This document shows, in pieces, positions 1 through 7,166 of a DNA stretch of 58,516 bases. Below the pieces are notes generated by a model that was not told where the DNA came from, made no database searches, and worked only from the letters and a program-made list of their open reading frames with translations. A program made the position numbers and the translations under genes. Position 1 is the stretch's first letter, and each line of letters opens with the position of its first letter. The DNA is taken from positions 1-58,516 of the forward strand of contig CAZAED010000003.1 of the NCBI GenBank assembly GCA_964484145.1. Reading direction: 5' to 3'. Source of the stretch: an uncultured Candidatus Saccharibacteria bacterium (GTDB lineage: Bacteria; Patescibacteriota; Doudnabacteria; UBA920).

Positions 1-306
1 CCATATATTGATGAGCGAGTTATGAAAAAGGTGTTAGGTGCAAAGAAAGGCCAGCAAATTAAAACCTGGTCCAGAGCTTGCACTATTGCGCCTGAATTCG
101 TAGGCTTTACTTTTATGGTGCATAACGGTAAGACTTTTTTACCAGTATTCGTTACTGAAAACATGGTAGGACATAAGTTAGGTGAGTTTGCTTTAACCAG
201 AAAATTCCACAGACATGGCGGTAAGATGGCTAAAGACCAGGAAGCAGCAGCAGCTGCGGCAGAAAGCGCTAAACTTAAGGCCGCTAAAGAACCCGTAAAG
301 AAATAG
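1..306 (+). CDS. rpsS: 30S ribosomal protein S19, 5' end outside window
   Basis: The frame is open from nt 1 ([11 protein letters not shown]...). S19 core motifs are present: [14 protein letters not shown] and [23 protein letters not shown]. Sits directly upstream of L22. Has an Ala/Lys-rich C-terminal tail. Confidence 0.93.
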   Translation, partial: PYIDERVMKKVLGAKKGQQIKTWSRACTIAPEFVGFTFMVHNGKTFLPVFVTENMVGHKLGEFALTRKFHRHGGKMAKDQEAAAAAAESAKLKAAKEPVKK

Positions 307-359
307 TTTCAAGTTTATAAAGTTCATCAAGTTATAAAGTAGACACATATATTAATTAA

Positions 360-923
360 ATGACTAAGTCCAATACAACAGAACAGAAAGTTATAAAGGC
401 ATCTGCCCTAAATCTTCGGATTTCTCCGCGTAAGATGCGTCTTTTAACTGACTTAGTTAGAGGTATGTATGTTGACCAGGCTGTAACGGCTTTAGAATAT
501 GCGCCACAAAAAGGCGCGGAATTTTTACTCAGAGCTATAAAATCTGCAGCCGCGAACGCCGTAAATAATTTTGCTTTAAAACCGGAAAATTTGTATGTAA
601 AAACCGTTACCTGCGATATGGGAAGAGTTATGAAACGCTATTTTCCAAGAGCTCGCGGCAGCGCGTTTGTTATAAAGCGCAAAATGGCTCACGTAAATGT
701 TGAACTTTCAGAAAAGGCGCGTGGTGGTAAAGCAGCTTCCCGTTTAGAACTTTTTAAGAAAAAACAGTCTGAAAATTTAGCAAGTGAAGACAAGAAGGAT
801 GCTACAGAAAAGAAGACCGAAAGCCCGAAAATTAAACAGCATACAGTTAAGACCGACGAACAGGTTAAAATGAACAAAGCTCAAAACAAGAGAAGACTAT
901 TTAATAGAAAGAGCGGAGAGTAA
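360..923 (+). CDS. rplV: 50S ribosomal protein L22 with long Lys/Glu-rich C-terminal extension
   Basis: The L22 core (ISPRKMRLLTDLVRG, RARGSAFVIKRKMAHV) occupies the first ~115 aa. Operon position fits. The remaining ~70 aa are low-complexity K/E-rich sequence. Confidence 0.93.
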   Translation: MTKSNTTEQKVIKASALNLRISPRKMRLLTDLVRGMYVDQAVTALEYAPQKGAEFLLRAIKSAAANAVNNFALKPENLYVKTVTCDMGRVMKRYFPRARGSAFVIKRKMAHVNVELSEKARGGKAASRLELFKKKQSENLASEDKKDATEKKTESPKIKQHTVKTDEQVKMNKAQNKRRLFNRKSGE

Positions 924-1004
924 TATAAAATTTAGGATATAAGATGTAAGATTTAGTTTGCATACTTATATCATAAATCCTAAATCATAAATCTTACATT
1001 TATT
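921..1004 (+). repeat. stop-to-start word-hairpin, family B (TAGGATATAAGATGTAAGA / TCTTACAT..TATCCTA)
   Basis: The 5' block 921-960 contains no C and the 3' block 961-1004 contains no G. ATGTAAGATTTA pairs with TAAATCTTACAT. Confidence 0.85.
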
Positions 1005-1700
1005 ATGGGACATAAGATTAATCCAACTTCATTTAGGCTTAAAGTAACCGACACGTGGAAATCGCGCTGGTTTGTTAAGCGAGGCTTTCAAAAAGCATTA
1101 GCTGAAGACGTTGCCATTCGCGCCTACTTAGAGCAGCACTTAAAAAAGGCCGGTCTAGTTAGGCTTGAAATTGAACGCGGCGGTACCGGTCAAATTACTA
1201 TTACTGTTAAAACTACTAAACCCGGGTTAATAATTGGAAAAGGCGGCGCGGGTATAGAGGAGCTTAAAAAGAAGATTAAACAGAAGCTAAGAATTAGAAA
1301 AGAATTGCGTGTAAATATTGAAGAAGTAAGGGATATAAACTTGCAGGCACAGGTTATAGCAGACGGCATAAGTGAACAAATTGAAAAACGCGTTGCTTTT
1401 AGAAAGCTTATGAAGCAGTCGTTAGAGCAAATTATGCAGGCTGGGGCTAAGGGTGCCAAAGTTTCTATAGGCGGAAGACTTAACGGAGCAGATATAGCAA
1501 GAACAGAGCATTTGTCACAAGGCAAAATCCCACTTCATACCATTAGAGCTGATATAGATTTTGCAAGAAGTACAGCTTTTACTACCTACGGCACTGTAGG
1601 TATAAAAGTATGGATATACAGAGGAGATGTATTTGAGGAAAAGAAGTCAGTAGCAGTAAATAAACCAGCGATTGAGCCGGTTATCGCAAAAGTTAAGTAA
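1005..1700 (+). CDS. rpsC: 30S ribosomal protein S3
   Basis: MGHKINP-FRL N-terminus, KH-domain GKGG motif, operon order. Confidence 0.96.
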   Translation: MGHKINPTSFRLKVTDTWKSRWFVKRGFQKALAEDVAIRAYLEQHLKKAGLVRLEIERGGTGQITITVKTTKPGLIIGKGGAGIEELKKKIKQKLRIRKELRVNIEEVRDINLQAQVIADGISEQIEKRVAFRKLMKQSLEQIMQAGAKGAKVSIGGRLNGADIARTEHLSQGKIPLHTIRADIDFARSTAFTTYGTVGIKVWIYRGDVFEEKKSVAVNKPAIEPVIAKVK

Positions 1701-1726
1701 AGTATTTATTAATTTACTAATTAGTT

Positions 1727-2131
1727 ATGTTCATTCCGTCTAAACTTAAACACCGCAAGCATCATCGCGGTCATACAAAGGGTGTGGCTACTGCGGGTAC
1801 CAACATAGACTTTGGCCAATTTGCCTTAAAGTCTTTGGAAAATGCTTGGGTAACTGCCAGACAAATCGAGTCCGCAAGAAGAGCGATGACCCGTTACGTT
1901 CAGCGCGGCGGTAAAATTTGGATCCGCCTTTTTGCCGACAAGCCAATTACAGTTCACGGAAACGAAAGTCCTATGGGTGGCGGTAAAGGCGCGGTTGACC
2001 ACTTTGTATGTGTGGTAAAGAAAGGTAAGATTTTGTTTGAAATGGACGGCGTAACTAGAGAGCAAGCGCAAGAAGCTATGAGATTGGCAAGTTATAAGTT
2101 ACCGGTTAAGACAAAGTTTTTATCAAAGTAA
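1727..2131 (+). CDS. rplP: 50S ribosomal protein L16
   Basis: [22 protein letters not shown] and MGGGKG motifs; operon order. Confidence 0.96.
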   Translation: MFIPSKLKHRKHHRGHTKGVATAGTNIDFGQFALKSLENAWVTARQIESARRAMTRYVQRGGKIWIRLFADKPITVHGNESPMGGGKGAVDHFVCVVKKGKILFEMDGVTREQAQEAMRLASYKLPVKTKFLSK

Positions 2132-2138
2132 TTTATTT

Positions 2139-2226
2139 TACGGATTACGGACAGAGTACGGATATACGGATCATAATAAACCCGTTATCTACGTATCCGT
2201 ATATCCGTAAGAATCCGTAATCAGTA
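2139..2226 (+). repeat. stop-to-start word-hairpin, family A ((TACGGAT)n / (ATCCGTA)n)
   Basis: Four TACGGA(T/C) words at 2139-2171 face ATCCGTA words at 2193-2220. Confidence 0.88.
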
Positions 2227-2231
2227 AAGAT

Positions 2232-2423
2232 ATGAAGTTTAAAGAACTTACAACTAAATCTGAAGCAGAGCTTAAGAAAATGCTAGAAGAATTGCGCCAC
2301 GAAGCTCATGGTCTGAAAATGAAGCTTCGCTTGAATGAATCTAAGCACAGCCATAAGCTAGCTGGAATGAAGAAAGATATCGCTAGAATATTAACTCATT
2401 TACACACGAAAACAGCGAAATAG
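2232..2423 (+). CDS. rpmC: 50S ribosomal protein L29
   Basis: 63-aa helical protein (ELR-E...LRL) between L16 and S17. Confidence 0.9.
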   Translation: MKFKELTTKSEAELKKMLEELRHEAHGLKMKLRLNESKHSHKLAGMKKDIARILTHLHTKTAK

Positions 2424-2495
2424 AAAATTAGAGAAGTAGAGAAGCAGTATCGACTAACTTTCTAATTCTCTAATTCACTAACTATCTAAATTTAT
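2424..2495 (+). repeat. stop-to-start word-hairpin, family C (TTAGAGAA / TTCTCTAA)
   Basis: ATTAGAGAAGTAGAGAAG faces CTTTCTAATTCTCTAATTC. Confidence 0.85.
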
Positions 2496-2738
2496 ATGAC
2501 ATCAGATTCTAAAAAACAGCAAATGACCGGCGAAGTGGTTTCCACCAAAATGATGAAAACCGTGGTTGTTAAGGTAGACTCAAGAAAACGCCATCCTAAA
2601 TATAAGAAAGCTTATACAGTTTCAAAGCGCTTTAAAGCCCATACAGAAGAAAAGTTTGTAGTAGGGGACAAAGTAATTATTGAAGCCTGTAAGCCAATTA
2701 GCAAAGATAAGAGATTTAAAGTAATATCTAAAGCTTAA
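2496..2738 (+). CDS. rpsQ: 30S ribosomal protein S17
   Basis: G-VVS-KM-KTVVV-V and HPKYKK motifs; operon order. Confidence 0.93.
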   Translation: MTSDSKKQQMTGEVVSTKMMKTVVVKVDSRKRHPKYKKAYTVSKRFKAHTEEKFVVGDKVIIEACKPISKDKRFKVISKA

Positions 2739-2816
2739 GAGAAATAGAAAATTTGAGAAAAAGAGAAATGGAATTAACTAACTCTCTAATTCTCTAACTC
2801 ACTAACTATCTAATTT
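2739..2816 (+). repeat. stop-to-start word-hairpin, family C
   Basis: A C-free GAGAAATAGAAAATTTGAGAAAAAGAGAAATGGAATT block is followed by a G-free AACTAACTCTCTAATTCTCTAACTCACTAACTATCTAATTT block. Confidence 0.85.
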
Positions 2817-3218
2817 ATGTTACAAGTAAGATCCTGGATTAAAATAGCAGACAATACCGGCGTTAAAATCGCTAATATTTTTGGCGGTAGCGGAAAAAAT
2901 CGCAGCCGTTTTGTTAGAGTTGGAGACGTTGTCTCAGCTTCCGCAAAACAGGTAGCGCCTAACGGCAACTACAAAAAGGGCGACAAAATTAAGGTAGCTA
3001 TAGTTAGAACCAGAAAAGAAATGCGCAGGAGTGACGGGTCTTATATTAGATTTGATGAAAATGCCGGAGTGCTTGTAAAGAAAGACGCGAAAGGTAATTT
3101 TGAAATAATCGGTACTCGTATATTCGGTCCTATTCCAAGAGAAATTCGTGATATGGCAAGTGGGTATTATGAAGATGCTTATAAGAAAATAGTATCATTA
3201 GCTCCAGAAGTTATATAG
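2817..3218 (+). CDS. rplN: 50S ribosomal protein L14
   Basis: ADNTG, VRTRKE-RR-DGSYIRFD-NA and GTRIFGPIPRE motifs ending in SLAPEVI. Slightly longer than the usual ~122 aa. Confidence 0.95.
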   Translation: MLQVRSWIKIADNTGVKIANIFGGSGKNRSRFVRVGDVVSASAKQVAPNGNYKKGDKIKVAIVRTRKEMRRSDGSYIRFDENAGVLVKKDAKGNFEIIGTRIFGPIPREIRDMASGYYEDAYKKIVSLAPEVI

Positions 3219-3303
3219 CAGATTACAGATTAAAGATTATAGATTCCAGTAAAAGCTGTATCTAAATCTGAAATCTGAAATCTGAAATCTTTAATCTATA
3301 TTT
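3219..3303 (+). repeat. stop-to-start word-hairpin, family D (CAGATTA / (AAATCTGA)n)
   Basis: CAGATTACAGATTAAAGATTATAGATT faces TCTAAATCTGAAATCTGAAATCTGAAATCTTTAATCTA. Confidence 0.88.
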
Positions 3304-3621
3304 ATGAACAAACTCAGAATTAAAAAAGGCGATACAGTAAAAGTGCTTTCCGGCAAAGACAAAGGCAAAACCGGCAAGGTTATTTCGGTAATGCCAAAAC
3401 TTGGTAAGGTTGTTGTAGAAAACGCCAATATGCATACTCGTTTTGAAAAGGCTAAAAAAGCCGGCGAGAAAGGTAAAAAAGTTACTTTTTCTTCCCCTAT
3501 GCAAATTTCGAAAGTCCAGTTAATAGATCCGCATTCAGGTAATCCAACAAGAGTAAACTATACTTTTTTAGAAAACGGTAACAAGCAAAGAACAGCTAAG
3601 GCCAGTGGAAAGGCAGTATAA
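3304..3621 (+). CDS. rplX: 50S ribosomal protein L24
   Basis: KOW motif KKGDTVKVLSGKDKGKTGKV; operon order. Confidence 0.94.
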   Translation: MNKLRIKKGDTVKVLSGKDKGKTGKVISVMPKLGKVVVENANMHTRFEKAKKAGEKGKKVTFSSPMQISKVQLIDPHSGNPTRVNYTFLENGNKQRTAKASGKAV

Positions 3622-3693
3622 TGTACGGAAGTACAGATAATACGGATCATGTGGATCTGTAAAATCTGTAAGATCCGTAATTCTGTAAATTAT
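3622..3693 (+). repeat. ~70-nt hairpin repeat, copy 1 of 3 (GTACGGAAGTACAGATAATACGGATCAT...GGATCTGTAAAATCTGTAAGATCCGTAATTCTGTA)
   Basis: Near-identical to 4234-4304 and 4977-5051. Confidence 0.92.
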
Positions 3694-4233
3694 ATGGAAA
3701 GATTACAAGAAAAATATAATAAGGAAATTGTTAAAGCTTTGAAAGAAAAGTTTGGCTTTAAGAATGTAATGGAAGTACCAAGAATTTTGAAAGTTGTTAT
3801 TAATGTGGGCGTTGGAAAAATTAAGGAAGATAAGAAGCGTATAGATTTAGTAGTTGAAGATATTGCCAAAATTGCAGGACAGGCTCCGGTAAAGAATTTG
3901 TCCCGCAAGTCTATTTCAGGTTTTAAAGTAAGACAAAACCAAATTGTAGGTTTAAGTGTTACTTTAAGAGGATATAGAATGTATAGCTTTTTAGACAAGT
4001 TGGTCAATGTGGCCTTACCAAGAGTAAGAGATTTCCAGGGTATAAGCAAAAAAGGTTTCGACGGCCGTGGTAATTATCACTTGGGAATGAAAGAGCAAAT
4101 AGTTTTTCCGGAAGTTTCTCCGGATTCTCTAGAAAATATATTCGGCTTGGAAATTTCGGTAGTCACCAACGCTAAAAGAGACGATACAGCATATGAACTT
4201 TTAAAATTAATGAAATTCCCGTTTAAAGATTAA
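3694..4233 (+). CDS. rplE: 50S ribosomal protein L5
   Basis: The L5 sequence begins at MERLQEKYNKEIV. The 15 upstream codons of the tracked ORF (from 3649) read through the intergenic repeat. NLSRKSISGFKVR and RDFQG motifs are present. Confidence 0.93.
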   Translation: MERLQEKYNKEIVKALKEKFGFKNVMEVPRILKVVINVGVGKIKEDKKRIDLVVEDIAKIAGQAPVKNLSRKSISGFKVRQNQIVGLSVTLRGYRMYSFLDKLVNVALPRVRDFQGISKKGFDGRGNYHLGMKEQIVFPEVSPDSLENIFGLEISVVTNAKRDDTAYELLKLMKFPFKD

Positions 4234-4304
4234 TGTACGGAAGTACAGATAGTACGGATCATAGGGATCTGTAAAATCTGTAGAATCCGTAATTCTGTAA
4301 ATTT
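4234..4304 (+). repeat. ~70-nt hairpin repeat, copy 2 of 3
   Basis: Differs from copy 1 at a handful of positions. Confidence 0.92.
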
Positions 4305-4499
4305 ATGGCTACAGTAGCACACATTGTCAGAGCAAAACGAAGTAGAACCAAGGCAAAATTTTCCAGTAGGATAATTCGCCGTTGTTTTCGCTGCGGTAGA
4401 AAAGCTGCTTATATTCGAGATTTTGACCTTTGTAGAATTTGTTTTAGAGAATTAGCCAGTAAGGGAGAAATCCCTGGTGTTTCAAAAGCTTCCTGGTAA
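4305..4499 (+). CDS. rpsN: 30S ribosomal protein S14, zinc-binding type Z
   Basis: 64 aa, CxxC...CxxC (CFRCGR...CRICFRE), ends in W; operon order. Confidence 0.94.
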   Translation: MATVAHIVRAKRSRTKAKFSSRIIRRCFRCGRKAAYIRDFDLCRICFRELASKGEIPGVSKASW

Positions 4500-4583
4500 A
4501 TTTTATAAATTCGTAATCCCGACAAATATCTTTAAATAATCGATAATTAGTATATTAGTATCAATTAGTATTTAGTAAAGAAT

Positions 4584-4976
4584 ATGTATACAGACCCAAT
4601 CTCAGACATGCTAACCAGAATCCGCAACGCGTTGTCCGCAAAAAAGGATGACCTTGTTTTGCCATATTCAAAGTTTAAAAAGAACTTGGCGGATTTGCTG
4701 ATGCAAGAGGGTTTTGTGGCCGGAGTAAACGAATTAGAAGGTGACCATAAAATGCTCCAAATAAATTTAAAATATTCAGGCGCGGGCGAACCGGTAATTG
4801 CAGGAATAAAGCGCGTAAGTAAACCGGGGCAGAGAATTTATTTGTCTAAAGACAGCTTGCCTAGAACTAACAGCGGCCTTGGTCTTACTGTAGTTTCTAC
4901 TTCTAAAGGTTTAATGTCAGACAGAAAAGCAAGAAAAGAAAAAGTTGGCGGAGAAGTAATATGCCAGGTTTGGTAA
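4584..4976 (+). CDS. rpsH: 30S ribosomal protein S8
   Basis: DPISDMLTRIRNA N-terminus and GGEVICQVW C-terminus. Confidence 0.96.
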   Translation: MYTDPISDMLTRIRNALSAKKDDLVLPYSKFKKNLADLLMQEGFVAGVNELEGDHKMLQINLKYSGAGEPVIAGIKRVSKPGQRIYLSKDSLPRTNSGLGLTVVSTSKGLMSDRKARKEKVGGEVICQVW

Positions 4977-5051
4977 TTAACGTACGGAAGTACAGATAAT
5001 ACGGATCATACGGATCTGTAAAATCTGTAGAATCCGTAATTCAGTATATTT
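4977..5051 (+). repeat. ~70-nt hairpin repeat, copy 3 of 3
   Basis: Same sequence family as copies 1 and 2, between rpsH and rplF. Confidence 0.92.
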
Positions 5052-5606
5052 ATGTCAAGAATTGGAAAAAAACCCATAAGCATTCCTAGCGGAGTAAAGG
5101 TAGAAAAAACTGCCGGTCTTTTAAAGGTGTCCGGTCCGAAAGGTAATTTGCAGCAGGAGATTCATCCGCTTGTAACTGTTAATATTGTAGAAAACGAAGT
5201 TACTGTTGATGTTGTAAAGAAAGAAGACAAAAAACAGAGAGCATTGTGGGGTTTGTTCCGCTCTTTAGTTTTTAATATGATAGAAGGTGTTACAAAAGGT
5301 TTTGAAAAAAAGCTCGAAGTAAATGGCGTAGGCTTTAAGGTAGCATCTCAACCTGGTAAAATAGTTATGTCCTTGGGTTTTTCTCACCCGGTTGAAGTTA
5401 CGGTTCCAAAAGATTTACAGGCTGTTGTAGAAAAGAACTTAATTACTATTACCGGAGCAGACAAACAGAGAGTTGGACAATTTGCAGCTGAAATTAGAGA
5501 GTTGAAAAAACCTGAGCCGTATAAAGGTAAAGGTATTAAATATATAGACGAAGTTATTGTTAAGAAAGCGGGTAAAGTGGTTAAAGTAGTTGGTGGAGGC
5601 AAGTAA
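5052..5606 (+). CDS. rplF: 50S ribosomal protein L6
   Basis: MSRIGKKPI-IP-GV and PEPYKGKGI-Y motifs. Confidence 0.96.
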   Translation: MSRIGKKPISIPSGVKVEKTAGLLKVSGPKGNLQQEIHPLVTVNIVENEVTVDVVKKEDKKQRALWGLFRSLVFNMIEGVTKGFEKKLEVNGVGFKVASQPGKIVMSLGFSHPVEVTVPKDLQAVVEKNLITITGADKQRVGQFAAEIRELKKPEPYKGKGIKYIDEVIVKKAGKVVKVVGGGK

Positions 5607-5687
5607 ATATAAAATTTAGGATATAAGATGTAAAATGTTAGAGCTTAGTATATCCTAAATCCTAAATCATAAACCCTATATTTTTTT
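5604..5687 (+). repeat. stop-to-start word-hairpin, family B, second copy
   Basis: The first ~30 nt are essentially identical to 921-950. The 3' block is G-poor (TATCCTAAATCCTAAATCATAAACCC). Confidence 0.88.
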
Positions 5688-6041
5688 ATGGACAAGAACA
5701 AGCACAAAATAATAAAGCGAAATGTAAGGCATAGCAGAGTTCGCGCAAAAATTTCCGGTACTGAAAAGCGCCCTCGTTTAAGCGTATACAGAAGTTTGGC
5801 AGGTATTTACGCCCAGTTAATAGACGACTCAAACGGAAAAACTTTGGCTTTTGCATCAGCGAAAGAAATTAAGTCAAAGGCAAAAAAGACCGACATTTCC
5901 AAAGAAGTTGGAAAATTATTGGCACAAAAAGCAGTCGCAAAAAAAATATCTGAATGTGTATTCGATAGAGGCGGCTTTGCCTATCATGGCAGAGTAAAAG
6001 CTTTGGCAGAAGGCGCCAGAGAAGGCGGGCTTAAATTTTAA
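5688..6041 (+). CDS. rplR: 50S ribosomal protein L18
   Basis: [17 protein letters not shown] and [23 protein letters not shown] motifs. Confidence 0.96.
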   Translation: MDKNKHKIIKRNVRHSRVRAKISGTEKRPRLSVYRSLAGIYAQLIDDSNGKTLAFASAKEIKSKAKKTDISKEVGKLLAQKAVAKKISECVFDRGGFAYHGRVKALAEGAREGGLKF

Positions 6042-6059
6042 TTAACTTATTTTACTATT

Positions 6060-6563
6060 ATGGCTTTTGAAAAAAGACGAAGACAATCTAGGGACGGGGA
6101 ACGCGAAGTTAGAGAGTTTGACCAAAAGACGGTAGAGGTCAAGCGTGTTACTCGTGTGGTTGCCGGCGGAAAAAGAATGCGTTTTCGCGCACTGGTTGTT
6201 ATTGGCGACCATAAAGGTAAAGTAGGTATGGGTTTAAGAAAAGGTGCAGACGTTTCTGAAAGTGTAAACAAAGCAGTTAACGCAGCTAAGAAGAACATGA
6301 TTACCTTGCCGCTCATTAACGGAACTATCCCTCACGGAATTAATGTAAAGTATAAGTCTTCTAAGTTAATGTTAAAACCAGCCAGACCAGGTACCGGTGT
6401 TATTGCGGGTGGGGCAGTTCGTCAGGTTTTTGAATTAGCCGGAGTTAAGAATGTTGTTTCTAAGATGCTTGGTTCAAATAACAAAGTTAATAATATTAAA
6501 GCTGTTTTTGAAGCTTTTACTAAAATGAAGAGCAAGGAAGTATTAGCAAAGATGCGCAAGTAA
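6060..6563 (+). CDS. rpsE: 30S ribosomal protein S5
   Basis: V-RVTRVVAGGKRMRFRALVV-GD-KG-VG-G and GTGVIAGG-VR motifs. Confidence 0.96.
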   Translation: MAFEKRRRQSRDGEREVREFDQKTVEVKRVTRVVAGGKRMRFRALVVIGDHKGKVGMGLRKGADVSESVNKAVNAAKKNMITLPLINGTIPHGINVKYKSSKLMLKPARPGTGVIAGGAVRQVFELAGVKNVVSKMLGSNNKVNNIKAVFEAFTKMKSKEVLAKMRK

Positions 6564-6630
6564 ATAGCTAATAAGCGAATGAGCAATTCAGCTTATAAGC
6601 TTACTAACTTATCTGCTTATTACTAAATTT
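6564..6630 (+). repeat. stop-to-start word-hairpin, family I (AAGC..TAAGC, central AGCTTATAAGCT palindrome)
   Basis: Shares AGCTTATAAGCT with 47648-47712. Confidence 0.75.
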
Positions 6631-7107
6631 ATGTTAAAACTCCATAACCTAAAAAAACATCCTAAGTCTACACATCGCCGCAAAGTTGTTGGTCGCGGTC
6701 TTGGCAGTGGTCACGGTACATATTCCACTCGTGGTGGTAAAGGCCAAACAGCCAGAACTGGTCATAGTAAAATGCCTGCTGGTTTTGAAGGTGGTCGTCA
6801 GCCAATAGTAAGACAGTTGCCAAAACTTAGAGGCTTTAGAGCCTTAACTGCTAAGCCTTTTGCTTTGTCTCTTTCTAAATTTGACGTTTTTGCGGATGGA
6901 GCAACTGTGGATATTAAATCTTTAATTGAAAAGGGTATAATAGAAAAAGGCCAGAGTGTTAAAGTTTTGGCCGGTGAAATAAAAAAGAAATTGAATATAA
7001 AGCTTCCTGTTTCAGCATCGGCTAAAGCGGTTATAGAAAAAGCTGGCGGAACAGTAATAGAACAGAATAACACAGAAGAAAAAACAGATAAACACGGAAG
7101 TAAGTAA
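6631..7107 (+). CDS. rplO: 50S ribosomal protein L15
   Basis: VGRG-GSGHG-YSTRG-KGQ-AR-G and FEGGRQP motifs. Follows S5 directly, with no L30 between them. Confidence 0.95.
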   Translation: MLKLHNLKKHPKSTHRRKVVGRGLGSGHGTYSTRGGKGQTARTGHSKMPAGFEGGRQPIVRQLPKLRGFRALTAKPFALSLSKFDVFADGATVDIKSLIEKGIIEKGQSVKVLAGEIKKKLNIKLPVSASAKAVIEKAGGTVIEQNNTEEKTDKHGSK

Positions 7108-7166
7108 TAGTGATTGTAGTTTAGATCCGTGCCTTTCTGTAAGTATCAGTGTTAATCAGTAACGAT

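Noticed and set aside
689-877. Antisense ORFs inside conserved genes, e.g. 689-877(-), 1190-1525(-), 3690-4049(-), 6047-6316(-), 22151-22501(-), 33743-34183(-), 40416-40922(-)
   Set aside because: They lie opposite well-supported conserved CDSs. They have no start context of their own, and their composition is typical of shadow frames.
3262-3290. Tandem short repeats as a possible CRISPR array (also 38433-38460, 51212-51237, 37855-37880)
   Set aside because: The period is only 7-8 nt with no spacers, there are no cas genes, and the repeats are far too short for CRISPR.
3649-3693. N-terminal extensions of tracked ORFs (3649, 7149, 23146, 40244 minus strand, 40159, 43087, 47692, 49499)
   Set aside because: The extra codons read through intergenic repeat arms or overlap the neighbouring gene. 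The conserved protein N-termini begin at the downstream starts used in the feature list.
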